Shown one piece after another: positions 63,109 to 64,000 of a stretch of 64,000 nt of DNA (its first letter is position 1; every line of letters starts with the position of its first letter). The stretch covers positions 95,604,001-95,668,000 of the forward strand of contig CM126215.1 in NCBI GenBank assembly GCA_052327205.1, written 5' to 3'. The position numbers were made by a program, and so were the translations under genes. Source of the DNA: Somniosus microcephalus (taxonomy: Eukaryota). The notes below the pieces were generated by a model. It did not search any database, was not told where the DNA came from, and saw only the letters and a list, made by a program, of their open reading frames with translations.

Positions 63109-64000
63109 GCACCTGACCACATTGCTGCCAGGGATGGCCTCATCATGGCTAGATTTACTTCACTTGATGTTGTACACCCTGGCTGCCACATGATGCACCA
63201 GGTTGGCACCACCCCACATCAACACCATAAAGCATCCCTACAATGTCCAAGCCATTCCTTTCACACTCCTCACCATTGCGGGCAGTACCGTTATTTCTCA
63301 CCATTCACTGCAACTCACTAAGCCACTTCCAAAGGTGCACTCAAATCTGTCTAAGAATGCAAATTGTTGAAAATAAAGGTTTCAATGTTTGACAGCACAT
63401 TAACAGAAACTTTACATGAACATTGCATAAAATACCCAAGTGGCTACCCTTGTGTGTTGTTAGTTGGTATGATTGTACTAGGATGAGGGTGAGTGTGAAG
63501 GGTGGCTAGTGAGATGGGGATGTGATAATATAGATAGAGAGGAATGGGTGGAGGTGCAAGGTAAGTTGGTGTGAATAAGGATGTGAAGGAGTAGGGTAGG
63601 GAAAGCAAAGTGATGAGGATGTGATGAGAGGCACAGCAGGATGAGGTTGAGAGTGGCTTTGTATTCACATTTCCTGATCTAATGAGATCATTGAAAGGTT
63701 TGCAGCACTGCACCCAGGTCCTCCCAACAACATCTCTGCTTGTGACCTCGTCTGCAATTAGGCTGTCTTGGTTTCCTGGGGAGGTCTCTTCCGTCCATGG
63801 GAAGGGACGAGGACCTCCCTGCGTGCTGTGACTCCCTCGATAAGCATATGGAGGGAGTCATGGGAGAGTCTGGGTACAGCTGTGCATCTCTGTGCAGTGA
63901 TTGTTAGTGTTTGCAGCACTTCAATGCTGTAGAACACTGACAGCACAAATGTCAAAAGTAAGGTGGACAAGGTCCCTTTGAGGAAACCAGCTCAAGACGC

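Larger units (their letters stand above)
59525..64000. mobile_element. Harbinger-derived non-autonomous element with long inverted arms; runs off the window; hosts a CR1
   Basis: Left end ggccggaattttcc; 59689-59845 is the reverse complement of 63842-64000; Myb exon-1 relic on - (PRLSHDSLHMLIEGVTARREVL..GRKRPP). Confidence 0.72.

Noticed and set aside
51400-64000. Exons of a convergent neighbour gene (ST3GAL6 in human, from recall)
   Set aside because: No sialyltransferase motifs recognised; short ORFs at 52353-52595 and 59288-59653 have no recognisable homology.

Overview
Eukaryotic (vertebrate) DNA, very probably a shark or other elasmobranch, judged from HE1/V-SINE and Deu-domain SINEs and shark-type CR1/L2/Penelope/Harbinger repeats. 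The + strand carries the last ten coding exons of DCBLD2 (LCCL end, F5/8 discoidin domain, transmembrane helix, YxxP-rich tail; 11161-38391). All ten exons have AG/GT ends and consistent splice phases, and a probable long 3' UTR runs to ~45.2 kb. The rest is densely nested mobile DNA: two decayed two-gene Harbinger transposons, several Harbinger MITEs, a non-autonomous Helitron, a pogo/Tigger-like MITE, two solo LTRs, CR1/L2/Rex1/Penelope fragments and a 1.8-kb 29-bp minisatellite. The most striking object is a very young Mag-type Gypsy LTR element (53168-56866; LTRs identical by eye, 5-bp TSD). In it, RT/RNaseH/integrase are replaced by intronless fragments resembling three unrelated host genes (STK10/SLK, optineurin, DNAJC21), fused in frame behind gag-protease. 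Other notable items are a twin-primed CR1, hammerhead-ribozyme relics in Penelope termini, a four-level transposon nest and tandem CTCF-like sites. All homology calls come from recalled sequences, not from database searches.
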